From assembly GCA_028534125.1 (NCBI GenBank), contig CM052816.1:79052001-79116000 (forward strand): a stretch of DNA of 64,000 nucleotides. The letters run 5' to 3'. Positions 51,631-64,000 of the stretch are shown one piece after another. The position numbers and the translations under genes were made by a program. Origin of the DNA: Lama glama. Its lineage: Eukaryota. Numbering within the stretch: position 1 is the first letter of the stretch; each line of letters opens with the position of its first letter. The notes beneath the pieces are model-generated. The model was given only the letters and a program-made list of their open reading frames with translations. It was not told the DNA's origin and did no database searches.

Positions 51631-52610
51631 TCTACCCAACCAAACTTCTTAAGTGACTTGTCTATATTTAGTGTCTCCATTTGCTCACTGTTTACTCTTT
51701 CCTCAACCGATTGAACCCTATTTTCTACCCTTCCTTCTCCACTCACACATACAGGCTCTTCATTTACTTGACCTGTTGGCAGCATTTGATTCTATTGTTT
51801 TCTCTCTCCATTTTCAAATTCTTCTGGTTTCTACTCCATGTACTCCTTAGTTTTCTTCCATACCTCTGTATTTTTCTGTCTCAGTCTGCTTTACTGGCCT
51901 CTTCTTCTTTTGTCTATCTTACCTTTAAAAGTTGATATTCCTCAGAATTCAGTCTCAGTTATTTACTTCTCATTCATTCTATATATTCACTCTTCCAGAT
52001 CTCATCTACTGATGTTATTTCAGTACCATTGTTATGGTGATGACTCCAAATCTATGTATATTTCTGATTCTTTCTCATGAACTCTGAACACATCCTTTGG
52101 GATATGTCCTAGCTACTTCAAAATCAAAATACTGACAACCAGCTTTCCCCGCTTCTGCTTCTTACCACACCGCCATCACTTACCCTCTCCAAATAGTTCC
52201 AATTTTGTCCTCTTTAAGTCCATTCTCCATGTTGAAAACTTCAGAAAACTAAAATTTGACCATATCTCCTTTCTATTGAAGAAAACGATTCCTCATTATT
52301 TTTGGATGCAATCTAAATTTCTGTAAAAGTTTCAAAGGCCTTTTTTTAGATTCATTATTAGTTGCTCACACTGTTGTACTCTCTGCTGGTCATTGTGGCC
52401 TCCTTTTGCTTCCAGGAATATGCTTTGCTCTCCCCAAAATTTAATATTAAAATTATTCAGTCAACTATCATAGTTTGTTCAGTATTAATAATTACTCAAA
52501 ATCATACTTACTCATGAAAAGAACTACACATTAAAATTGAGATTCACATATTTCTGTTACTTTGAGATTATACAGACATATCAAGTGTTTTTTAATCATA
52601 TTTTTTCTAA

Positions 52611-52787
<177 letters not shown>

Positions 52788-53650
52788 TAAGAAAAGCCAT
52801 GTTCTTAACATTGTTTCTGTGTACATTTGCATTTTTAAAAATTGACTTTTATCTCATATATAAGTAAACAGACTTTTCATTGAGAAGCCTTTCATTATAT
52901 GTTTTATAGATTCCCCCAAAAGAATGTCTTAATAATCAGTATTACTAAGGTGGAAAATATGGAATAATATCTTTCAATATACCTACTAGACGAAGGACTA
53001 ATGCTTCGTCTAAGAGCTATATGTTAAAAGTATTAACCCTCATGATTTTTTTTAATAGACTTTCAAATCTTATGTATGACTAAATACCTAGATTTCTTTT
53101 TCATTGGAACTTATGAATACTTTTTCTTTTGTTCTGAGTATAATTTGATGGCATATTTCTCTTTAACATTAAATTTAAGCATTATAAGATACTTGTGATC
53201 TGTAATATATGTGAAGAGCCGGATCTGAAAAGTTCAGGAATAGAGTAGTAATGATAATCCTTACTATTGTGTTCTTGAGATTTGTGGGTCTTCCTCAACA
53301 CAAGTTAAAATTTTTTTAGGCTTTAAAATTTTTCAGGCTTCTCTTGGTTAATGTTGAGTAAGAAAGCACCTAATGAAAAATAAATTTTCTTCAGGATAAT
53401 TTTTGCCATGAATTATCCTAGAGTCTAATTTTAACTATAATGGAAGCGTTTCCTGTGTTAAAGTCTATTTCTGCAGTCATACTTTAACTTTCCTTTTAAA
53501 CAGACATTATCTGCTGTTACTAAAAAAGTAGCTGAGGATTTGAAGGTCAAATTTTTTCATGTAAAAATCTAGCCTTCCATTTAGGGCACTTTTCTGAAAA
53601 ACTGTCTAACCCTAGTTAGTTTCATTTTACATTTCTTTTGGAAAAAATGA

Positions 53651-53929
<279 letters not shown>

Positions 53930-54994
53930 TGATCATGTTGTGCGTAACTCCTTTTGGCTACAGTGTTGGTTCTGTTGTTGCTAGCACACTAATGAGTTTT
54001 GTACTAAAGATTTGGTCATGTGCAATTCTTAAGAATATCTCATGCTTTCAAATGACTTCTTATTGGCAGTTCGGCTTCATGAGATATCTCCATTTTCTAA
54101 CTGACAAAGTTGCAGGGAGAATGTATTCAACAGTGCACAGTTATGCTTGCTGTCTTGGGAAAACTTTTAATAGTTAAAAGACTCAAAAGTTTCCCAGATT
54201 AGATGATGAGTTACATGGTTACCATGACACAGTAGAAGTGAAAATAGCTATCAGAGGACGCTTCTTCCTGAAGGTTTGACCTAAAGTAATCCCATCAAGT
54301 CTGGAAACCTCTTTAAAGAACGATTTGCATGGGAATTTGTATCCATGAGTTTTGTTTCCTATCTGTTATCTTATTAAGGCACTTCATTTTACTTGTAAAA
54401 TTCATATAACTTGAACCAACTTCATAAAGTTGTTGAAAGTATATATTTCAGTAATATACACCCCAGAATTGCAGCAAATTGTAAAATTTTGCTGTTAAAT
54501 AATAATTTGGTTATTGATTTTAAAAAGGATTATCATGATCACCTCAAATTTCTCTCTTCTGGGAAAATATGCTATTCCAATAATGTTATTCTTAAACTTA
54601 AAACCTTACATTGAAGGCTTTTATTCATGTTGAAGTAAACTCTAAAATGTAGTAATGTGGTCTACCACATAATTTGGCCCACATTTAGCTCTCCAGGTTT
54701 ATCTCAAGCCTCTGTCTTCTGCACACCAGTCAACTTTGGTTCCTCACACTTAATAGTGGTGATGATAATAGCAAACAAGTATGTAGACTTAATATGCTTG
54801 TGATTTTATAAGTACTTTATAAGTACTTCATATATATTAATACATTTAATTCTGAGAACAACCTTATGAGGGGAGTTTTTTTAATTCTCATTTTATAAGT
54901 GAAAATGAGACACAGAGTGGTTAAGTAAGCTTTCCATATTTACACAGCTACTGAGTGATAGATCCAGGTAGTCTGACTCTAGTTCATACTTTAA

Positions 54995-55181
54995 TAGGAG
55001 TTGGCAAACTTTCCATAAAGGGCCAAATAGTAAATATTTGAGACTTTGTGTATCATGTGATCTCTGTTGCAATTATTCATTCTGTCTCTGTAGCATGGAA
55101 GCAGCTATAGATAATATATCAGTGAATGAGCATGGATGTGAACAGGTCATGGGCTGGACTGAATCTGGTTTGCCAACCCCT
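54995..55181 (+). mobile_element. MER58A-like hAT-Charlie element
   Basis: aggagttggcaaacttt...aaagggccaaatagtaaatattt...tttgccaacccct, with terminal inverted repeats. Confidence 0.78.
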
Positions 55182-55332
55182 ACTCTTAACCATTGCATTC
55201 ATTGTCTCTCCTTTCTGTCTTTGAGTATGCTGTTCCCAAACTCTTGGTATGCTCTTTTCTCCAGTCTCTTTAGCTAATTCCTACTTCATTTTCAGGTCTC
55301 AAAATAAATGAGAATTCTTCAGAAAAGCCTTC

Positions 55333-55783
55333 TGTGTTAGCTTCCTGGGGATGTTGTGACAAAGTACTGCAAACTGGGTAGTTTAAACAACAGAAATGTA
55401 TTGCCTCACAGTTGTGGAGGCTAAAAGTCCAAGATCAAGGTGTCAGCAGGGTTGGTTCTTTTAGAGGGTTGTGGGGAAAATCTGTACCATGCCTCTCTCC
55501 TAGCTTCTGGTAGTTAAATGACAGTCTTTGGTATTCCTTGGCTTGCAGATCTCTGTCTTCATAGTCACATGGTATTCTCCCTGCATGCCTGTCTGTGTCC
55601 AAATTTCCCCTTTTCATAAGGACACCAGTCAGATTAGAGGTCACCCAAATCCACTATGACCCTATATTAATTTAACCAATTGTATCTGCAACAATCGGAT
55701 TCCCAAATAAGATTACATTCTGAGGTACTGGGGCTTAAGACATCAACATAAGAATTTTGGGAGACCACAGTTTGACCCATAAC
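55333..55783 (-). mobile_element. MLT1 (MLT1C-like) solo LTR
   Basis: tgtgttag...aaactgggtagtttaaacaacagaaat...gtccaagatcaaggtgtcagcagggttggttc...acccataaca. Confidence 0.85.
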
Positions 55784-58700
55784 ATTTTTCTTGGTCTTTC
55801 AGACTCCTAGATCCTCAGCAACCATTTTTAAGTGCATGAATAAATGAACAAAAGAATGTATACTGATTCTTTGGTTGTGGTTGAAAAATTTTATGTTGAC
55901 TTTTCAACATTTATTTATAAAATGCAAGAATTATAGCAGAAAACATTGATTCAAAATATAAATCTCCTATAAATAGTATTCTGTTATATTTTCTCAAGCC
56001 TATGATGGATATTATTATATTTTTCAAAAGAAGATTATTATGTTTGGTAATTTTTATATTTGATGTGTTTGAAAATATTTGAAAATTTGAATTTTTTGAA
56101 AAATATTTGAAACTTAATATTTGGTAATAAAATAATTAAAAGATTATTTAAATTTGATAGTGTTCACCTCAAAAGTTGGTGTTAAATTCAATTGTTTCAG
56201 ATTTAAGGAATATAGATTTCACCAGTTCTCTCAAAATTCCTTGTATAAATTAAGTCCAGTTTATTATTCAAGGTCTGGATTTTGCTAGGAGGAATCATCA
56301 GTGTCAGAATAAAGATAGATTTTGTTGTTGTTGTTAAATAGGAACCCTCTACTTAGGAATAGGATATAGAAAATTAAGGACTTCAGTTGATGCCTTCCTT
56401 GCTATTTTAGTGTAGGTTTAAAGTGTGAAGGATTTGAAAAACTAAGAGAAAATTTTCCATGTAAATAAGAAATCACTCTTTATAGAATATATTTCACATA
56501 TAACATTGTATAGATTTAAGGTGTACCAGGTGTTAATTTGACACATTTTTATATTGTAAGAAACCACTCTTTTTCTTAATGGTTGTTTTGAAAATAGCAG
56601 CAGGTCCACATAGACAGCAAGAGAACTCCGGGCCTTTTTTCCTCCCTCAAAATAATGCATGATTTATCAGACATGCATTTCTTTATTCATATATTTCAAG
56701 GGAGTTTGGGATCCCTTCTGTTTTTCTGGGTATCTGAAAATTTATAAACTTGTAGAGAAAATTTTTTCATCATTTAATAGTGATTTCTTGCCATGTTAAG
56801 TGCTATATGGAATTGATCATTAGGACACTAACTACCTAGAGTAGAAAATTGTACAGTCCCTTACAGTATATGATAAATGCAGTGTGAATGATACATGCTG
56901 TAGTGCAGAGAAGTTTCACTTCTTGAGTTGTGATCAGAAAAGGAGATGAAATGGGGGCAGTAAAATATGACCTGAGCCTTGAAGGATGGATAGAATTTTC
57001 ATAGCTGACAGAATTCTGGTCAGATATCAAGAGGTTTTAAAAGCAAATTAATTAAGCATAAGGTTTATGTTGGAAAGATAAAGCTTGTAAGGTTTGAGAG
57101 ACAGTTTTTAGCCAGATAGCTGGGCTTTGAATGTCAGAATGAAAAGTCCAGGCTATGTCTTGAAAGCATTGAAGAATCATTGACACCTTGTAGGCAGGGC
57201 AGAGACATGATCCATTTTGTAGTTTGGATGACCACTTTGATGGAGGTGTGCATCAAATAAAGCATGGAACCAAGAATATGAATAATTTAGTTTGAGAGAA
57301 AACTTTTAAAATATACTGCTTTTGAATACATCTTTTAACAGATCATAAAGTTCAATTACCTAGGGTTTTTTTGGTAGTTATTAATTATGTTTTCCAGCTA
57401 TCCGTAAAATCTCCCAAATGCAGTTTTGTAAAACTAGCATAGTGTTTCATATGTTTTCTGTGGAGTGAATGTGTACATCTGTGTGTCTGTTACTTTTCTT
57501 TGAAGCATTATTAAAACTTATAAGCCATGTCAAACCATTCAAAAGGATTTTTTGCTACATGGTCTAAGAAGTCATCTCTACCTTCTATCATTTTTCAAGG
57601 TAGAGGATTTTGGAGAGGGAGAAACAGGCTACTTATTTTCACTGAAAATTGCCTCTCAGACTGACTTAATGTTTTTTTTCTGGTAAAGAATTGATTAGGC
57701 ACAATAATGACAGAGTTCAAAGTTATATTATTTTATATAAGGAAAGTAAGCTAGTATTTCAAATACTTTCCACACTTTATAAAAACTACAAACTTTTGAA
57801 AGAAACTTAAATTTATAAGGTATAGTAAATATCAGTAGTTAACTATTTCAGTTCTTGTTTTTGTTTAATATGCTGAAGAATTTAAAGGAAAAATATGATC
57901 TTCATATATAATACATAATCAGACTGTATTGTTTATATTCAAAGTTATGCTAACAAGTCAATAAAACTTTAAGGCAGCTTAGAAATGTAACGTGATGATG
58001 CTTCAAGCACCTTTTAAAACCCCAAGTCTTGTTATTTGCATTTTTAGGCCTTACTCATTGACCTCAGAATAAACTGTTGTTAAGGCCTTCTGAAGTGCTT
58101 CGCTGTTACTTCTTCAGCCTGATCAAGTGCTGCTCAGGCCCTCACTCTCCATTCCTTTTAGTCACGCTGGACTTCTTTCACTTCCTTGAAACTCCTTGTT
58201 CACTTCCACTTGGAGGCCTTCGTATGGTACTGTCCCTTTGTCTGGAATATTCTTGCGTCTTCCGTTGGTTGGCTGATTCCTATCCTCAGTTTGGCTTTTT
58301 ATTTTAGTTTAAATAATCAGAAAGTCTTCCACATTAGATTATACAGCAATTTTTACACCATTTCTGTTTGAGTAATGTCTGTTTTCTTCACTAAGCTAAG
58401 CTCTTTGACAGAAACAATGTCTTTTGGTACAGATTATTCATGAGGTCTGCATGTTTTAAATTTTGATGGATATTGCTAAATTATCTTCCAAATAAATGAG
58501 AACTGTTCTCATTTTAAAAATTTGTAATTGTTTCTAGTGAACTTGTATATCTTTTCAGATACTTACTAGACAATGGCATTTCTTCTCTATCTTCCCACTT
58601 TTCTATGGATTTGTAAGAGCTCTCCATATGTTAAGAATTGTGATTTTTGTTATATAAATTACATTTTTTCATAACTTTGTCTATATGCCAGATGGTCTCC

Positions 58701-59572
58701 CTGCCTCCAGTTTTGCATCCCTTAAGGCCATTCTCTGCCCTAAAATCAAAATGTTCTTTATAATATCCTGGTAGGTTCACTCTTGCCCCTTAGCCGTTGA
58801 ACATGTTGCTTCTTCCTAGAACAGTTGTTCTAACTTTTTTGAAATTTCATTAGCATTATGGAATATTGTGACTCTTTGGGAACTACTGGTTCTAAAGATT
58901 CCCCTCCCTAATCCCTTTATGCCTTTCACACTCATTAAAGTGTTTGTTTAATTATCTCATCACCACACTGTAATCTTAGTGAAAGACCTGTAACACCGTG
59001 TCTTCCCACCACACCCTCCAGTGTAGATTGTGGTGACCTTATACCTAGCACAGTGCTGGCATATAGTGTATTCTCAACTTGAAAAAAAGTATAGGGAGTC
59101 ATTAGTTGTGACTGCTGTAGAGTACTCTCTCACTGGAAAGGAACAGGTGCTTTGTGACATTTTAGCCTATTCTGCTTTGGTTTCTTCACTGTACTTTAGA
59201 TAATGAGATAATTGAGCTTGATGAGCAAGGTGAACACAGTCCTGTTCCTGTAGAATTGCAAAGTTTGCCTGATCCTTCATAACTTTTTATAATGTTTATT
59301 CATCTTGGTTTACCAAGTAAGCAAATGATAAGGCAGCAAATCTAGAAAGTAATGAAAAGCGTGAGGGTATAGCTATAGCTGTTCTATAACTTTATGTTTT
59401 GACTTATGTTCTTAATAAATTTATTCTGTGAATGAAACTTTGTGTACATATTAAGTAATTTGGGTTGAAACCAAACTTGTAAGAATATATATATAGTACC
59501 TGCAGCATCCTCATTAGAAGTGTCTAAACTATGGAAATGGAAATACTTTTATTTCTCTTACTGTTTTTATAG

Positions 59573-59698
<126 letters not shown>

Positions 59699-60299
59699 TA
59701 ACATCATAATAAAAGCACCAGAAAAAGGAAGTATGAGAACAGCCCATGATTGAAGTCTTCTAACTGCTTTCCATTTTCAGGGAAATATTAACTATAGCCA
59801 GTAGTAATTTGTTCATAGAATTTATACTTTTTTAATTATAAGCTTAACCTTATTTACTGGCAGTATTTTCCATTGAAATGTGGCTATAGAGGTTATGTAA
59901 AGTAATAAATAATGATTTCCATGACTTAGTGATGGAGCTAGACCTTTATAGTTTATAAAAATGTCATTAAATGTGGTCTCTAAAGGCATATCTCCTGTAA
60001 GAAAATAAACTATGACCTCAATGATCACTTTCAATCAGCCTTCTACATGTTATTTTGTATTTCATATTTCATAGAATGAATGACATTGTGAAATATTTAA
60101 TACAGATATTTAATAAGAAACCATACAGTTAAGGTTTTGATGTATTGGTATTGCATTAAGGGTATTAAATATACTTCCAAAATTGATTATTCCAGGAATG
60201 AGTTCCCCAACTGTCTTCTCTGCATTTACAGAACCAGTGAACTATTCCTTTTTCTGTATTTAATTCGATTTATTTATCTTTAAAGATTTGTATGTTTGT

Positions 60300-61515
60300 C
60301 TTTATTTTTTTATTGAGGTAACTAACATTGATTTATAACATTATGTAAGTTTTCATGTACATTATAGTCTTACTTCTGTAAACCCTGCAACATCCTCACC
60401 ACCAAAAATTTATTTTCCATCTGTCACCATACAGTTGATCCCCTTTACCCATTTCACCCTCCCCACTACCCTTTGCCTTCTGGTAACGACTACTCTGTTC
60501 TTTGTATCTATGTATTTATTTTTATTTGGTTTGGTTTGTTCATTTACTTTGTTTTTGTTTTTTTTTTTGTTTATTGTTTTTTGTCTTTCTCTCTCTGTCT
60601 GACTTATTTCATTTAGCATAATACCCTCCAAGTCCATCCATGTCACAAATGGCAAGATTTATTTTTTTATGGCCAAATAGTATTCCATTGTATAGATACC
60701 ACATCTTTTTTATCCATTCGTCTCTTGATGGGCACTTAGGTTGTTTTTCTATCTTGGCTGTTATAAATTATGCTGCAAGGTGGATTAGTGTTTCTTATTC
60801 TTCAAATACCCAGATAGGATAGCTGGATCATATGGTAACTCTATTCTTAATTTTTTGAGGACTCTCCATACTGTCATCTGTAGTGGCTGCACCAATTTAC
60901 ATTCCCACCAACAGTATAGGAGAGTTCCCTTTTCTCCACGTCTTTGCCAATACTTGTTATTTCTTGTCATTTTGATAATAGCCATTCTGACAGGTGTGAG
61001 GTGATAGCTCCTTGTGGTTTTGATTTGTATTTCTCTAGTAATTAAGTGATGTTGAACATCTTTTCATGTACTTGTTGGCCATCTGTATGTCTTCTTTGGA
61101 AAATCTCTCTTCAGTTCCTCTGCCCATTTTTCAATCAGGTTATTTGTTGTTGAGCCGTATTAGTTTCTTTATATATTTTGGATATTAACCTCTTACCGTA
61201 TGTATCATTTGCAAATATCTTCACCTTTTTGGTAGACTGTCTTTTAATTTTATTGATGATGTCCTTTGCTGTGCAGAAGCTTTTTAGTTTGATATAATCA
61301 CATTTGTTTGCTCTTGTTTCCCTTGCCTGATGAGACATATATAGAAAGATATTGCTAAGAACAATTTCAAAGAGCTTACTGCTTATGTTTTTTTTCTAGG
61401 AGTTTTATGATTTCAGGTCTTACATTCAAGTCTTTAATCCATTTTAAGTTGATTTTTGTGTATGGTGTACAATAGTGGTCTAGTTTCATTTTCTTTGCAT
61501 GTGGCTGTCCAGTTA
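60300..61515 (-). mobile_element. L1 (ORF2 end plus 3'UTR), antisense to LMBRD2
   Basis: Minus-strand ORF fragments [32 protein letters not shown] and TWMDLEGIMLNEISQ. Confidence 0.92.
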
Positions 61516-62119
61516 TTTTCCTATATTTTAATCTGTTATATTGATTATTAGCTAGTGTTCCTTTTGGTTAATATGATAGTCTTGAAAATCAAGTCTCTAA
61601 TCGTTTCTCTTAAATTTGATACCTTTTGAGACCTCTTGAGGGAGGTTAACTAACTTACTCAAGTTCATATAGGTATTAAATGACTGTTAATAGTGGGGCA
61701 GATGACTCCAAATCATCTGTACTATGCCTTTCAGAAATTTAACATCTTGAATTTGTTGTGATTCTTCTTCATTCTTTAGCTAGGAAAACAAATGACATTT
61801 TCAGTAGGTGCCTACCTAAAATAATCTTCTTCAAATGCTAGTTGCTTTATGTAGGTAAGATACCCTGCCCTACCCATCACCACCTAGTGTATCTGAGCAT
61901 AAAGATTAATATTAATAGAGGTAGGAAGAAACTCAATGCATCTTAAAAAACATTTTCAAGAAAACATCAGCAACTAAAAATCCGACTATTTAGAGATACC
62001 AATGAAGGAAGATATTTGTGAGAAAATTAGAAATGTCCAAGAATGACAGATTTTTAATAAAAATAACATTTTTATCTTCTTGCAAATAAGATTTCTAAAG
62101 ATCTACCTGTTCCTTTCAG

Positions 62120-62233
62120 TGCCCTGTAGAATATCAGGAAAAAATGGGTAGGAACATGGATGATTATGAAGATTTTGATGAAAAGCGTAATGCCTATCCA
62201 AGTGAAAAAAGTCTGGTAAAACTACATAAACAG
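62120..62233 (+). CDS. LMBRD2: LMBRD2 exon 8
   Basis: cctttcag|TGC ... CAG|gtaact; [38 protein letters not shown]; 114 nt. Confidence 0.95.
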
Positions 62234-62384
62234 GTAACTCTGTTAAGTATAGCCATTTTACCTTCTGACAGTTTTAGTTAGATTCATAGTTACTGCCCAC
62301 AAAAAAAGAAATTTTGACTGAATGTGTATTAGAAACTTCCTTTGATCCTGTCCTTATCATTGTTCTTTGAAGTGTTTGAACTTT

Positions 62385-62572
62385 GTGTTTCTCGGCAAGG
62401 GCACTGTTGGCATTTGGGAGGGAGAATTATTCCCTGAGCATAATTACATGTGTTTTAGAATATTAACATCCTTGGCTCCACCCAGTAGATGCTACTCACA
62501 CTTCCCCACTGTTGTGACAACCCAGACATGCTCCTTAGTGGGGAGTTGTACTGCTGTTGGATCAGAACACTG
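62385..62572 (+). mobile_element. MER20/MER3-like DNA transposon remnant
   Basis: ggcactgttggcatttgg...cacccagtagatgc...gttgtgacaacc. Confidence 0.5.
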
Positions 62573-62600
62573 ACAGGTATACCCCTGTTCTCTTTTCTAG

Positions 62601-62789
<189 letters not shown>

Positions 62790-63339
62790 TAATTTGATAT
62801 AAATTTCAATGATGATTTTTCTGAAGGGTAGTATATATTTTTTTTACCAATGCAGAGTTGAATTGCATTTGTGTTATTTAACTTATACTAAGTGGTAATA
62901 TTATATGTCTGATAAACTTCTCTCCCAAAATTATTTTACTTGTCATATAACTTATTATCTGTCAGTTTCCACTGTTACTTCACATATAACCAAAATTCTA
63001 TGCAAAAATATATGCAGTATATTAAGAATATTTTATATACTTATTATGTATTTGAAACAATTAGAATTTTAAGCAATTTTAAATCAGAAGCTTGGCTCTC
63101 ATCTTTAGTCTTGATATACTACTAAAATGTTCCCCTAAAATGTCCTCTTTGACTATTTACATATATTAGTCTATTTGCAAAACCTACATTCAATAGTCAT
63201 AATTATTTTATTCTCCTTTGTGATTATTTAGTATATAATCTATAAATATTATCAAATTTAGTGTGAAGAACTTAATGAGAATACCACAGTGTCACAGTAT
63301 TAGAACTTATGTTTACCTTATTTTTTCAAAACTCTGTGA

Positions 63340-63603
<264 letters not shown>

Positions 63604-64000
63604 TAAATGGCAGTTTATAGTATAATTCTTAACTGTTGTGGCTTTTCTCCATATATTTCTTTTAGTAATAATGAAAGCAGTGAAGTTTCCCACAGTGTTA
63701 TTATTCAGACTTCTAAAAATGAGCTTCAACATTTTACTCAGACTATAGAAACTAAGAACTGTATTTGAGGAGAGATGAAAAGATGCAAAACAGTGCAAAA
63801 TATTTTTATGAGAATACCTTGATCCTCTTTATGCCAATGAAGCTTCATAACTTCATGTGAAGAGTTTCCAAGGGAATGGGAGAACAGGCTCATTTCAGGA
63901 GGTGGATTTGAAACTTATGGATAGGATGTGGGACTAATTGAGATGTAGATTTTTTCATAATTTCATTTTCTTAGGAGTTTAAAAAATTGTGACTATGCTT

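Noticed and set aside
56025..56165. Degenerate tttgaaaata repeats resembling an array
   Set aside because: AT-rich low-complexity slippage with no regular repeat-spacer structure; not CRISPR-like.

Overview
Mammalian genomic DNA, probably a camelid (Camelus/Vicugna) judging by two tRNA-derived Vic-1-type SINEs. It is the NADK2-SKP2-LMBRD2 locus. The window holds the last coding exon and 3'UTR of NADK2 (+), the complete SKP2 gene (-; 10 coding exons, 1275 nt, 424 aa, all GT-AG) and the first ten exons of LMBRD2 (+; 434 codons, continuing past the window). SKP2 and LMBRD2 share a head-to-head CpG-island promoter, and NADK2 and SKP2 are tail-to-tail. Introns are rich in L1, L2, MIR, MLT LTRs and MER DNA transposons. 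I found no new multi-gene system. The most notable observations are: (1) a single-arm counterpart of the human MIR580 hairpin in LMBRD2 intron 1; (2) an SKP2B-type alternative terminal exon read in a different frame from human; (3) a candidate in-frame 207-nt cassette exon in SKP2 intron 9; (4) an upstream in-frame SKP2 ATG; (5) an L1 with a probable 3' transduction; (6) tandem uORFs before the LMBRD2 start. Comparisons with human sequences and repeat-family names are from memory and need confirming by alignment.
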